A stretch of 64,000 nt of DNA from Dendrobates tinctorius (Eukaryota). Made by a program: the position numbers and the translations under genes. The stretch covers positions 5,518,001 to 5,582,000 of the forward strand of contig NW_027361819.1 of assembly GCF_039654945.1 (NCBI RefSeq), given 5' to 3'. Position 1 is the first letter of the stretch. Every line of letters starts with the position of its first letter. Below are positions 25,693-51,304 of this stretch, in pieces. The notes under the pieces are model-generated. The model saw only the letters and a list, made by a program, of their open reading frames with translations. It did no database searches and was not told the DNA's origin.

Positions 25693-28629
25693 TGTATATA
25701 CCATACGCTCACTGTGAGGTTCCCAATAACCGGCCTTGTAGTGGAAGCAGCTGCAGCCTCATCCATCATTCGTCAAGTCAATTGCGTACTTGTCCTGACG
25801 ATTGGAGGCAGCGAAATTGCATCATCTAACAAACTGGTGGGCTCTGCGTGCCCCCCGGCCGTTCTCCTTGACAACCACCATATAACCTGCAGGGATTATG
25901 GTAAACCCGTCTGACAGCTATGTATACCTAAGTGCCAAGACTGCCACCCTCATAAACTTGCTGATAATCTTTGGGTTTCTTCTACCAAAAAAGTCTGAGC
26001 ATTGCCGGGGGAAAATTCCATTATTATTTCTTCTGAGGATTTAAGATTTTGGAGAACCTCCAGTCATAACATCACAATCACAAAGCAACACCCACAAGGC
26101 AAACACTGATTGCACCATGGCTGCAGCCGTTGTCCAGTTCTATTCTTCCACATCCAGAATCAAAACACAAGGAAGACAACCTAGAGACTTCTAATCTCTG
26201 CATATACTTTATTAGGCAATTGCTATCATTAACCCCTTGCTGACATACAGTGAGGAGTCCTGTCTGCAGTCCATCTTTACTTCTGGCCTAGATGGCAGTT
26301 GTGTCCTCCTTGCATCGATGTTGATTGATCCTATCATTTTGTCACAGGTCTCACCAAAATCACCGAGCCCTGAGGGGTAGATTATGAGGGTCCGACCTCT
26401 GCAGTCCATTAATCTGATACAGACAGCGGTGATTGCTCTGTGGCTGATCTTGCCTACATCCGTGCAGGGGATGTCGCCCTGGTATCCGATCGCTGCCGGT
26501 GTCACCGAGAGATACTTTGGCCATGGAGCTTTTCCTTGCCATTCTTATGCTATTATAAACAGACTCCGGAACCTTCTGATTAACTCCTTCTGCGCTGCTC
26601 TGTAGTAATGCCTCCTAGCCATGAGATTTCCAGGGGTCCGACATATAGTGCAGTTATGACCGAGCTCCATTTCTGGACCCTGCCTCTCTGCTAACGCCTT
26701 GGATTTGTCTGTGACCTGCGATTCTACATCTTGGCAAACTCCTGATTTGCCCCTGGGTACCATGCCTGGGACCTGTAGTTCTACTTTCTCAGCTTTGACT
26801 CCTGACTCTGACCACGCTCCTGCCCCATGTGCTGTCATCACTGCATTGATGGTGGTGACCGTGGGCAGCGGACGTTTAGGTTCGACCATAGCAGAATTAG
26901 CTGTACATAGTGCAATTTTTCCAGTTTTAGAGCACCGTCAGTCATTTTTTACATTCCAGGTTTTCTTGTAATAAAGTGCCAGATGATGTTTGTTGGCGTC
27001 AGTCAGGTAGAGACGTTCTGCTCTTTTATTGCCGTTTGTTTAGGGACAAAAAAAAACCCTTTATAGTTTTTATTGGTGTAAAGTTCATCCAGTAAATGTT
27101 AGATACAGTAATCACAGGTGGATTTATTACAGGACACAGTCCAGTACATTTATTGTATTCCTTTATTGTAATTCTGAATGTTCTTTATTTCTACACTATA
27201 TACACACATAAAAGTAATGCAGATTATCATGATTGATTATTAGTAGTAATGCTCCTTTCCTGATAACCTCGCAGAGGAAAATAAAAGCTGCCAATCACTC
27301 GATGAATGAGCAAAACATTTGCTTAAAAATCACTGCTCTTGGCAGAACAAAGTCCTATGTAAACAGGGCAAGTGCTGCAGAGGATAAGGCCATCCAACGC
27401 ACACAAAATAATCTATAGCCTGCATAGCAAGTATGTTCGGCCTGTTTACACAGGCTATTACACAGCCGCTGACAGGCTTCAAAGTGTATCGGAGGTCTTT
27501 TACAGCCTGGGGCCGCAGAGTGTAAACAAGTCTCCACACCTGTGCAAAAAAACCCCCCCAAAGTTATGTTGATCCCAGGAGACGTACGCCCTCGACAGAT
27601 CCATTTGCTTTTCACCACCTGAGATTCCTGATTTTTTGGGAGGTAGATGAGGAATACTTTGAGACTGACTTCCTTAAGGTTTGCAGACAGTATGAGGATA
27701 CTTTGAGCTATAAAACCGGATTCTTGCAGCACGGTTATGACTTCGACGAGTTTTGAAGCACTTCTGACGTTTTTAGGCGGGAGACCACAAGCCGTGAGTA
27801 GATGATGGGAGGTACCATCTGGGCGGCTTCTTGTGATGAAGCTTTTAGGGATTGTCTCTTCGGCCCAGTCAGTTGTTACACTTGATCGCCTGTGTGTTCT
27901 TGGACTCTGCCCATTTACTAGGAACATGGATTTGTCTCTGACCTGCAATTCTACATCTGACGTTCCTCCTGCATTGCCCTATGGATATCACTTCTGGAAC
28001 TTGTAGTGCTCCTCTACTGGAACTGCCCTTTCAGTCTGACCACACTCTGTTCCTGTCAGCGATGGTGCATGATGGTTTGCATTTTTGCTGGTTTTGTGTC
28101 GGTCAGGTTGTCTGATGTTTGTTCAATGAAAAATAAACGTTCTAGTTTTTATTGGTGTCAAGTTTATTCAGTAAATCTTATGGACTTTTTGTAGTTTGAT
28201 TACAGAACAGTATTATAGGCAGTGGCGTCCTTATACTGACCACAACACGGCAACGACTGCCCCCCATCCCATGCACAGGAGGATCAGGTCTTTTGGATCC
28301 AGGGCTGAAGCTGCCCAGTGCCGAGCAGAAAATACATCATCAGGTCGGCGCTGGACAGGAACAGACCTTCATTTGTAAGAGGTGGAGAACGAGGAGAGGA
28401 GGTAAAGATGTCCGTATTGTACTGAACAACAATTTCCTAGTGATGTCCCCAAAAAAGTTGTAGATAGGGTTCCAAATAAGGGAGAAACAGTGATCAGCAA
28501 GATGTCACAAAATACTTGAACCATACATATGGGATTTCTTTAAGCGATAACACAATACATTTACAACATGGATTAACATTTAGGACCCCCGCACATTACT
28601 CTACAGGTTTATTCACCTCCCATTTTAAT

Positions 28630-29530
28630 TCCCCCTCATTACAGATATAACGGTTGTCGTTCTGGGAAGGATTTCTACAAGAATTTTTGCCCCTTCATCC
28701 AGAAGAGCATTTATGAAGGCAGACTCATGTTGGGGGAGGCCGGGCTCAGTCTCTGTTCTCGTTCATTCCCATGGTGGTGGATGATGAGACACCCCTCCAT
28801 GTCTGTATGGACCTCGTGCACTGGGCAGTCATGGAGGACAGATAAGGGTCTTCTCCAAACTGTTCGCAAAAAGATGAAGCTACAATTGTCCACAAGGTCT
28901 TGTGCTGAACATTAAGATCACTGGAGATGAGGGTCCAAGGTCACCCCGATAACAGCCCATAGCATTATCCCCCTCCACCACCTGTACAAGCGAGCACAAT
29001 GCCATCAGGGGGCAACGTCTTCCTGCAATCACCAAACCCAGACTCCTCCATCAGACGCCGATAGATTAGTGCCATCCGCCTCTGCACAGAACACGTCTCC
29101 TCCAGAATCCAGTGGTGGCGGCTTTACACCACTCCATCCGACACTCAGCATTGTGCTGGGTGATGTACGGCTGCATGCAGCTGCTCAGCCATGATGCTTC
29201 TGGCACAGTTTTTGTATTGATGCTATAACCAGGTGGTCTAAACTCTACAGTTATGGGGGTCAACAGAGTGGTGACTTTTCTGCCCCCCCCTCTAAAAAAC
29301 CATAACAGGGTCTCTACTTTGCGGCAGAGTTGCTGTGGTTCCTTCTACTTCTCAGTAATGTCACTCGCAGGTGATGGGGGAAGATAGCTCATGGATGATC
29401 TTGTTACTCTACTGGCTATTACAGGACCACGCTGGTATCAGGAGCTCTGCACTACCAGCTGATCACATGGTAGTAATGACAGACAGCATGGCGGGGGGCC
29501 GGAGGTTACACACTGGGGTGGGGGTATTGC
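28630..29530 (-). mobile_element. Heavily decayed Tc1 transposon
   Basis: PYITQHNAECRMEWCKA...WRRRVL resembles the Tc1 transposase HTH-to-DDE linker; boundaries approximate. Confidence 0.65.
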
Positions 29531-30724
29531 TGAGGACCTGGAGGTTATACACTAAGGGCAGAAGTAACACAGCAAGGTGAGGAGTCAGAGTTTGCAAATT
29601 GGGTGATAATGGGGCTGGAAATTATAAACTGCCTCAAAAAAAAAAAAATGCAACGATTAAACGGAAGTAACGCTAAAAAAAACCCCAGTCTCGTTTCTCA
29701 TCATTTTTACATAGTGACTGTAAAGTTGTATTGATAAATTTGGTGTAACAAGGCATTGTCATTGTAGGAGCATTGATACACGATCTATGCTTTTCCTTCC
29801 CATCTCCACAATGACTTCGGCTGACCTGTGATCAGGTGCAGATCGCGGACATCACATTCATGCACTTGGCTTTGTATTCTTTACCAAATTAGATCATTTG
29901 TCCCATGTTGTAGCCATCTACAACCCAAACCTCTGTAGGATAGGGGGGGGCAATCTGTCAGATGACTGATTTCTCCAGAATAAAGCCACACCAATAGAGC
30001 AGAACAATCTGGCTGCTTTGCCAGTGAGTTGGCCAACATTTACTCTCTATACTAATTAGGGACATAGGACGGGGTCATTACATGTGCAGACGCAGGATCA
30101 GCCGCCGAGGAAGCAATAGATCCTGGGTCTGGGCGTGAAGCCTGAACGGCACTGGTTATGTCCTGGTAGAGCGCCATCTCCAGTTCACATTCAGATTTGC
30201 ACTTACTGACGTCCACAATTAATCCTTCATTGCTGAGGCCGTGTTGGGAGGTAAAGATTACGCCTGAGTTGTGTTATTCCATACTTACTCGCTGGGTTAC
30301 AGACATTAACTAATGTGAGCCAAGCTTTTAGAAGAAAAGTTCATATTTTCAAAAATGCCAATTTAGCTTTTTCCTCTGGTAAAATGATTAATGGTTTACA
30401 ATTTACAACCAAATACAATGTGTCAGGAAAACAACAAGTGAATCAGTCAGATGAGTAATTTCATTACTGAAGTTCTTCCCACGTAATGGGACACGTCACA
30501 TTTGTCCCAATGGTCCCAGATCCGTCACATTCTCACTACCGCACCTGAATGCTTCACACTGCTGCAAGTCATCACTGGGTGCCATCGTCCTGACCCTGCC
30601 TGACTGGTAACTCCGGCTATACAATCCTTCCTGCCGCTGCTCATCTACTGGCAGAAAATAGAGAAAATAGCATTAACTCACACACAGGACAGGGGTGCCG
30701 AGTACCAACAATTCAGAGCCATTG

Positions 30725-31470
30725 ATCGGCCAGTCCTATCCTCAGCACTCCCAGCTCCATTTGTTTGCATAGTTAGCAGACAACCTGAATGAAGTTTAAC
30801 AGTGGACCTCTGCTCTCCACAGCCGACCGCTGGCCCCATGTACACCCCCCTCCCACAGCCTGTGTACACACCCTTTCCCACGACCGACCGCAGGCCACCA
30901 TGTACACCCCACCTCCCACAGCTGACCATGGACCCCATGTACACCCCCCCACAGCCAACCATGGACCCCATGTACACACACCCCCTTTCCCACAGCCAGT
31001 CCTATCCTCAGCACCCCCAGATTCATTGCTCGTCTGCAGTTAACGCACAACCTGAATGAAGTGTAACCATGGGCCCCTGTATGTGCACCCCACAGCCGAC
31101 CGCAGGCCCCATGTACGTACACATTCTCCCCCCCACATGGCTGACTGTGGGCCCCATATATGCACCCTTCCTCCCCACTGCAGGTTTTATGAACACTCCC
31201 CCCCCCCCCCCCCAGCAGGTCTGATGTACGCACCCCCATGCTTTATATTCCCACTACCCCCTCCATGGCCGACCACGCAACGCCCTACCCCACTGCAGAT
31301 CCCATGTACACACCCCCCACGGCCAACTGCAGGTCCCTGTATTGAGGTACCCTTACATCAAAATAAAGGCCCCTATAGCCACCCCACAGCCAACTATAGA
31401 CCCTTGTACCCAGGTACATAGCTTACATCCATCCAACAGGCCCCATGTACGCACCTCCTGTTGACCATGG
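30725..31470. repeat. Degenerate C-rich minisatellite with ~265-bp duplication
   Basis: CCCCATGTACACCCC units; CAGTCCTATCCTCAGCAC...ACAACCTGAATGAAGT at ~30731 and ~30997. Confidence 0.65.
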
Positions 31471-31523
31471 GCTACACAACTGCTGAATACAACTTATTCA
31501 GAGACGAGATGCTTACACACAAG

Positions 31524-31529
31524 TTTAAT
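31524..31529 (-). terminator. Probable FUS polyadenylation signal (ATTAAA)
   Basis: ATTAAA ~150 nt after the stop, preceded by a U-rich 3'UTR. Confidence 0.6.
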
Positions 31530-31675
31530 GGGTGAGGACTTTACAAAGACTGATAAAATACACTGCGGGGGTCATACAAAGTATACAGAAATTTTGAACT
31601 GTTCAGCAAGAATCCATAGGATACATCATATGTATAAAATAAAAACAGTAGAACGGTAGAAATGGAGCGTCACTG

Positions 31676-43515
<11,840 letters not shown>

Positions 43516-44107
43516 GATCACCGTCCTGGGCTGCTGCTGTGCCGCACTCCTTCTCCTCAGCCTCTCCGCGCCGCAGTGATGGGGGCGGGGTCCGTGCAGC
43601 CTCTTATATACACTCGGACCGAACCATCTGGCTGAGGGGAGGAGGGGTGCAGGGCTGGTGTCGTCCTGTCACGATATAGCGGCTTCGGTCGTAGCTCTGT
43701 GATGAATCCGCCGCTCTGAGTGATATCATAAGTTATAATGGCCACAACTTTCACTTTAGGTGATAAATAGTTTGTTTTTTTCTTAAATTGTGCAAAATAT
43801 CGTAATGGAGACTCACATGGCTGCTCCCAGGTCAGTGCTGTGTGGTGATCGGTGCCGCCTCTGTGATCGTCGGCGATCGTTGCCGTAGCAGCAGTTTCTG
43901 CCTCCTCGGTGATCCGGCGGACTCCGTGTGTTACTGCTGAGCCTGCGCGGCAGGTTTCCCGCTCCTTTCAGACATCAGTTTTTCTGCATCAGGCGCGATG
44001 CGGCAAAAAGTGTAAAATCCGGATCCGGCGCCTGTTTCCACCACGTCCGGTTTTTCCCCATAGTTTCATTATTGCCGGATGCCTGTGCGGTGTATCCAGA
44101 TTTGCCG

Positions 44108-45260
44108 GTTTTAGGACCCCTACTCTTCTCCATCTATACACTTGGTCTGGGGCAACTCATAAAGTCGCACGGATTCCACTACCACCTTTATGCCGATGAC
44201 ACTCAGATCTACCTCTCTGGCCCAGACGTCACCTCTCTGCTGTCCAGAATCCCAGAGTGTCTATCAGCCATATCCTCCTTCTTCTCCTCTCGCTTCCTCA
44301 AACTCAATGTAGACAAATCTGAACTCATCATCTTTCCTCCATCTCACAGATCTTCTTTACCCGACCTAGCCATAACAATTAATGACATCACACTTTCCCC
44401 CGTACCGGAAGTCCGCTGCCTCGGAGTAACCTTTGACTCTGCCCTGTCCTTCAAACCGCACATCCAAGCTCTTTCTACCTCCTGTCGCCTCCAGCTCAAA
44501 AATATTTCCAGAATCCATCCTTTCCTCAACCCTCAATCTACTAAAATTCTTGTGCATGCCCTCATCATCTCCCGCCTCGACTACTGCAACATCCTTTTCT
44601 GTGGCCTCCCTGCTAACACCCTCGCACCTCTCCTGTCCACCCTTAACTCTGCTGCCCGACTAATTGATCTCTCTCCTCGCTACTCCTCCGCTTCTCCCCT
44701 CTGCAAATCTCTTCACTGGCTCCCATTCCCTCAGCGTATCCAATTCAAATTGCTAATACTGACCTACAAGGCCATCTACAACCTGTCTCCCCCATATGTC
44801 TCTGAACTAATCTCCCGATACCTTCCCTCACGTAATCTCCGGTCCTCCCAAGACCTCCTTCTCTCCTCCACACTTATTCGCTCCTCACCCAACCGCCTCC
44901 AAGACTTCTCCCGAATAGCCCCCATCCTCTGGAATTCTTTGCCCCAACAAGTCCGACTATCAACCACACTTGGATCCTTCAGACGGAACCTGAAAACCCA
45001 CCTCTTCAAGAAAGCCTACAGCCTGCAATGACCCCGCTACCTCCTCTCTCACCACTACCGGTGATATCACCTCAACCAACACCGGAACTGCTGCAACCCC
45101 CCAACCTACTGTCTCCTTCCCCACCATCCTGTAGCATGTAAGCCCGAAAGGGCAGGGTCCTCTCTCCCCTCTGTATCAGTCTGTGATTGTTAGTTACTGT
45201 AAGTGATATCTGTAATTTGTATGTAACCCCTTCTCATGTACAGCACCACGGAACCAATGG
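44108..45260 (+). mobile_element. L2 LINE RT 3' half
   Basis: VLGPLLFS...YADDTQ...SRLDYCN...LKTHLF, stop at 45031; 3'UTR matches 3479-3750. Confidence 0.93.
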
Positions 45261-45640
45261 CTTCCCCCCGCCGCTGCCACTGATGGACAGGCAGCTGTTT
45301 ACCCTCCCCGCTAGATCTGCCGATGCCTGCGCACCCATCCCCGTCACAGCCGGCAGGAAAGACTGTGGCTTGCGGCCTTTCCTGCTGACTTGTCACCACC
45401 ATCACCCCCACAACCGCCACTGGACCCCCATCACTGCCGGCCACCACGCTGGAGTCCCATGCTGTACCTGCTGCTGCCTGCCCAGCATGTATATGTGTAT
45501 ATATACACACACACGTATGTTGTTCTTACATTGTACTATTGTTTTTGAAACGTTACAGCTGTGGTCATCAGTGTGGGGAGGGATTTTAGTTATGTAGGAC
45601 AGTGCGATGTGTATTTATGTGTAAATACTGTAGGGGGAGG

Positions 45641-46204
45641 TACCGTATATACTCGTGTATACGCTGAGATGCTAAGCCCATGTTTGGGGCTTAAAGTCCC
45701 CCTCTTGGCTTATACACGGGTCATATACCTGTGGGTGTCACAGATCATACTTACCAGTCCTGCTGCCGTCCTTGCTCACTTCTCCACTGTCTCTTCCTGT
45801 CTTCTGCGGTAACGTGGTTCCGCTCATTACCTTTCCTGAATCTGTGCGACGTGACTATAGCGATATCCACCTCTCCTGGGTCCATTGCTGCTCACTGCGG
45901 TCTCTGCTGCATCCTCTGTGGCGTTTAGGCAGCAGGGGGTGCGTTGACGTGATAAGTGCGCGCCGCCCCTCTACTGGCTGAACAGTCACTGACACAAGTG
46001 GCAGACAGCGGAGATGGACCCACAAGAGGTTTTTTTTTTTGGGGGGGCATCATATGGGCCCATAGTCTATGGAGCAGCATATGGGCCCATAGTTTATGGA
46101 TTCCACCCTGGGCTTATACAATAAGTGTTACCTTTTTTGGGGGCCTAAATTAGGGGGGGGGTCGGCTTATACATGGGGCGGCTTATACACGAGTATATAC
46201 AGAT
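45641..46204. mobile_element. Tigger/pogo-type MITE
   Basis: TIRs TACCGTATATACTCGTGTATA / TATACACGAGTATATACAG. Confidence 0.75.
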
Positions 46205-46495
46205 TAAGTTGTTAGAATTGTTTGCGATGCTTTGTTGTCCAAGCTGCATTTTATAGGGTGGTGAGAGTGGAATTCAAAATATCTTATTTTTTATTATTTT
46301 TGTTCTTTTGTTGGATTGTAAAAACCATTGTTGCACACATCACAAATATTAGCTACATCGTGCTTGTTTCATGCAGGAAGTTTCCCAGGCCACCACTGCC
46401 AAAACCCTGCGAGAACCCATTGCAACCCATAATGTAAGTATTAAGGCCTGAAAGCTTTAATTATGGTTTGTGTCTTACAGATTTTCAGCCAGACA

Positions 46496-49140
46496 TGTCT
46501 TCTTCTGGGAGCCCTCCCTCACATCGCCAGTGAAATGAGGCACATTTTTGTTTTGGCCATTCTTGGTACACACAACCCTATATATGCATTCTTGTGTAAT
46601 AGGAAGCTGAACCAGAGGGTCTCTCAGAAGGAGAAGGACGTAGCGGAGAAATGCCTGGAGTGGGCTCCCCGAGTGTAAGTATCTTAGCAAAGATCTTCAC
46701 ATCACTGGACTCCAAAAACAGGTCACCATAACAGCATTTCATTTTCCTTTTCTTGTTGTTTTTTCATTAAAGGCTTCTGAATCTGATGCTCGTCCGAGAG
46801 TTCCTCAAAGCGCCTCCCAGAGTCGTCGACAACCACGCCGGGGCGGTCGCCATAGAGTAAGTCATTTTTTTTTGGACTTTTGTAAGGTTTGTACTTAATG
46901 CTGTGATTGTTATGTCTACCTTTTTTGTCTTTAAACAGTCTTCAGAGCGTGCTCACGATTCCGACAGTGAGGATGTGGCTATAGATGTGGACCTCCTCAT
47001 TGACATGGTGAGAGGTCGTGAGCCGCTGTGGAATATGGCGGACCGCTTCCATGCGGATGCTTGTGTTACTAGACGACTCTGGGAGGAAGTGTGCCATGCT
47101 GTGGTGTCTAACTGGGAGGAACGCCATTCTCGGGCACAGAAAGAACAGCGTAAGTATTCACATTTCAGTAATGTTTCCGGATGTATTGGGCTTGATCCTA
47201 ACCATTTTGTGTTCCCACTTTTCAGGGGAACGAGTTCAGTTGCGGTGGTGGTCAATGCGGGATCGCTTCAAGAAGGAGTTCAACAAAGAGATGCAGGCTC
47301 CCAGCGGATCAGGAGGACGCAGGAGCCGCTATAAATATGCCCAGGCCCTGGCGTTCCTCCGGTCAACTATGGTGACAAGAAGGTAAAGATTCCTACCAGA
47401 AGTCACTAAATAAAAAATGTTAAAATGTGTAACCTTTTTTTTGGCAGCCAGGGCTAATCAATATCATGATATTAATGTCTATTTTTTTTCTACATTTTTC
47501 AACAGCACCTTCAGCAGCACGCGGGAGCCTGCATTGAACCCTTCTGGAGCGATCCCCAAGGAGGCCGTCACCGGGGACCACGACATACCCAACCCCTCTG
47601 CACCCTCCCTGCCTTCCCTTGTGTGTGATCCCTCAGCCCCATCCACCTCTGCTGGAGCATCTGTGCAGGCTTCAGTACATGAAGCTGCTGTTGACGAGGT
47701 AGGCTTTCCTTTACCTCACCCCTCTGACGCAGCTGCCCTCCATAGAACACCTTTGAGTTCTGGGCGGCTGCGTCACCGGGGTCAGGAAAGGCAGTTAGCT
47801 GCAGAGTTTTTGCATCTACATGCATCCTTCCAAGTTCCAACACGCTATGAAAGTCATGACCCAGCAAATGTCTGCTGGGTTCAGTCTCGTTAGTAGAGAG
47901 GTGCTTGATTTAGGCATGCGTGTTGAAAGGATGCATCTAGATGCAAATAAAGCGCCGCATCATTCTTTTTTCAAAGCCGTAATTGAGCGGCTGGACAACC
48001 TAAAGGCCCCGTCTCACTAAGCAATCTCGGTAGCGAGATCGCTGCTGAGTCACAACTTTTGTGACGTAACAGCGATCTCACCAGCGAGATTGCTGTGTGT
48101 GACAGCGATCAGCGAGTGGCCCCCCTGCCGGTATCGCTGATCGCTGGAAGAAACCTCTGGACATTTCTTTGGTCGCTGGTCTCCCGCTGGCCAGCACGCA
48201 ACGCTGTGTGTGACAGCGGGAGACCAGCGATCAGGTGTAAAAAAATAATAAAAAAAAATAAAAAATATAGTTATTCTCACCTTCAGATGTCCCGTTCAGC
48301 CATCCCGCCTCTCTCCACGCTCCGGTCCCAGTGATCATTTGCATGAATGACCGCGAGACTTTGTTATCCCGCAAGACCGTGACATCTCGCGGTCATTCGT
48401 GCAAAGGATCACTGGGACCGGAGCGTGGAGAGAGGCGGGATGGCTGAACGGGACATCGGATGGTGAGAATAACTATATTTTTTATTTTGATTCTATTTTT
48501 TACAGGATGGCCAGAGATGCCGGGCGCTCGGCATCGCTGTGCTGATCGCTGGTGAAGCTGTCTGTGTGACAGCTCACCAGCGATCACATAGCGACTTACT
48601 AGTGATCCTGATACCTTCATATCGGTGTCGGGATCGCTGGTGAGTCGCTTAGTGTGACGGGGCCTTAAGTCCTGAACAGCAGCTGCATGTAATGCAAGCC
48701 TGCCAGGTGGCCTTAGCACAGGTGACTTCAGCAGCCCCTCCAACCGGCCCAGTAGTTGCTCCAGGTCCGGTCCTTCCTACCCCTCCTGTACCATTTTACC
48801 CAGTACCAACCTCCTGCCCCTTTCCAGTCTCCTTCCCCGTACCAGTTCCCAACTTCATCCGTGCCTACACTCCCTTCCCAACCTACACTTCCTGCCCAAT
48901 ACATCCAGTCTCCTTCCACATCCCAAATTCAACCGTCCTTAATCAACACCCACAGTTTTGTTTCCCCCCCAGTCTATTGTTTTCTCCACCCCTTCACCTT
49001 CTTTCTCCATTCCTATACCTTGTCCTTTGGTCTCTGACCCCTCACAAACTCCATCCTCCCACACTAACATCGCTGTTGACGTGGTCCAAACTGAGAGCCC
49101 CTCCAATACTATTTCCGCTACACATTACACAAATCTTTAA
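46496..49140 (+). pseudogene. Harbinger Myb/SANT-like (MADF) DNA-binding protein gene of the outer element, disrupted
   Basis: Exons include 46773-46856, 46939-47149, 47226-47382 and 47506-49140. MADF motif LIDMVRGREPLWN...LWEEV...RWWSMRDRFKKE...YKYAQALAFL. Frameshifts and a MITE insertion. Confidence 0.88.
48004..48665. mobile_element. Harbinger-type MITE, palindromic
   Basis: TIR AGGCCCCGTCTCACTAAGC / GCTTAGTGTGACGGGGCCT; TSD TAA; excision restores LDNLSPEQQLHV; internal ~100-bp-arm palindrome at 48260-48485. Confidence 0.9.
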
Positions 49141-49292
49141 GGTGTTTTGTTAGAAATAAAAGTTTTCTTAAAAAAATATTAAAGAAAAACTTTCAGCTAA
49201 AAGCTGCTAAAAAATAAAGTTTGCTTTTGAGTCAATAAAATGTATTTTGTTTCTTTTACTGTTGAATTTAAAATGTCTATTTATAAAACTGA

Positions 49293-50450
49293 ATGAGTGT
49301 GTGAGAGTAGGTGAGTGTGTGAGAGTAGGTGAGTGTGTGTGAGCATGTGAATGTGTGTGAGTGTGTGAGTGATTGTGGGAGAGTAGGTGAGTGTGTGTGA
49401 GTAGGTGAGTGTGTGTGAGTAGGTGAGTGTGTGTGAGCATGTGAGTGTGTGTGAGCATGTGAGTGTGTGTGAGCATGTGAGTGTGTGAGAGTAGGTGAGT
49501 GTGTGAGAGTAGGTGAGTGTGTGAGTGATTGTGTGAGAGTAGGTGAGTGTGAGAGAGTAGGTGAGTGTGTGTGAGCATGTGAGTGTGTGAGAGTAGGTGA
49601 GTGTGTGAGAGTAGGTGAGTGTGTGTGAGCATGTGAGTGTGTGTGAGTGTGAGTGATTGTGTGAGTAGGTGAGTGTGTGTGAGTAGGTGAGTGTGTGTGA
49701 GCATGTGAGTGTGTGTGAGCATGTGAGTGTGTGAGAGTAGGTGAGTGAGAGTAGGTGAGTGTGTGAGTGATTGTGTGAGAGTAGGTGAGTGTGTGAGAGT
49801 AGGTGAGTGTGTGAGAGTAGGTGAGTGTGTGTGAGTAGGAGAGTGTGTGTGAGTAGGTGAGTGTGTGTGAGTAGGTGAGTATGTGAGTGTGTGTGTGAGT
49901 GATTGTGTGTGAGTAGGTGAGTGTGTGTGAGTAGGTGAGTGTGTGAGAGTAGGTGAGTGTGTGTGTGAGTGTGTGAGTGATTGTGTGAGAGTAGGTGAGT
50001 GTGTGTGTGAGTGTGTGTGAGTATGTGAGTGTGTGTGAGTATGTGAGTGTGTGTGTGAGTGATTGTGTGAGAGTAGGTGAGTGTGTGAGAGTAGGTGAGT
50101 GTGTGTGAGTAGGAGAGTGTGTGTGAGTAGGTGAGTGTGTGTGAGTAGGTGAGTATGTGAGTGTGTGTGTGAGTGATTGTGTGTGAGTAGGTGAGTGTGT
50201 GTGAGTAGGTGAGTGTGTGAGAGTAGGTGAGTGTGTGTGTGAGTGTGTGAGTGATTGTGTGAGAGTAGGTGTGTGTGTGAGTATGTGTGAGTATGTGAGT
50301 GTGTGTGCGTGAGTGATTGTGTGAGAGTAGGTGAGTGTGTGTGTGAGTATGTGAGTGTGTGTGTGAGTGAGTGTGTGTGTGAGTGATTGTGTGAGAGTTG
50401 GTGTGAGTATGTGTGTGTACAAGAACGTGTATGAGTAAACGTATGTGTGT
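49293..50450. repeat. (GT/GA)-rich simple repeat
   Basis: GTGAGTGTGTGAGAGTAG-type units. Confidence 0.95.
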
Positions 50451-51304
50451 GGCGGTGGAGGGAGGCCTGCTGGTGGGCAGTACTGTGGAAGGTCCTTGGG
50501 TCACCAGCGGGTGCCACATTGACACTCCCATCACTGGGGTATTTTAATATGGCGGTCGGCGTAGTGCCGGTCAGAATTGTTAAAAAACCGAGAAAATAAT
50601 TGCTTTCATAAAGGGCCAAAGAGATCAATAATATAGTAGAAATCACCAACCCCATCCTCCCTCCATAATACCGCTGTATTATTTTCTACACCCCACACTA
50701 CATGAATTTGTATCAAGTTTTTAAATAATTGATTCCTTATTAGCTGTTAAAGAGCCTTATTGTCAGGAATGTCATAATTTACAATACTTTGGGTAAACGA
50801 AAGTTAAAGAAGTTAGAATACTGTTACAAAGGTCCAATACTTTAACAAAATGTGAGGTAACAAGGTACAGTAACTTTACCCCCAAAAATTGTTAAGTACA
50901 ACAAGGTAGAAAATAGGTTTTAACATCTCAACCCATGTCCTCCTGCCATTCAACTCTACCTCCAGGTGACATAAAGTGGCCAATGTGTCCCTCCTTCTGG
51001 ACACTGCTAGAGCACTTCGCACATTACCAGTGCGATAATCTTGCAATGTGGCTTCCACATCATTGTCTTCTATGGCAATCTGTTCCTTAGGCTACTTTCA
51101 CACATCAGGTTTTCGGCGTCAGGCGCGATCCGGCGTCGTCAGCGTCGGACTGGAACACCTTGGGCCCACCAGAGAAAATCATTCTTGGGGCCCACTATGT
51201 AGCTGCATAGAGTTAAATACCAGACCACCAATTATGCGGTAAAACACGCTAATATCCGGGTATAAGGTTGTACATGTCTTAATTATGTAGCAGGAGTTGG
51301 GGTA

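Noticed and set aside
43928-44107. N-terminal extension of the 367-aa RT ORF
   Set aside because: Chance read-through from the Harbinger terminal sequence into a truncated L2.
49207-50655. His/Thr-rich ORFs up to 482 aa
   Set aside because: GT/GA simple repeat.
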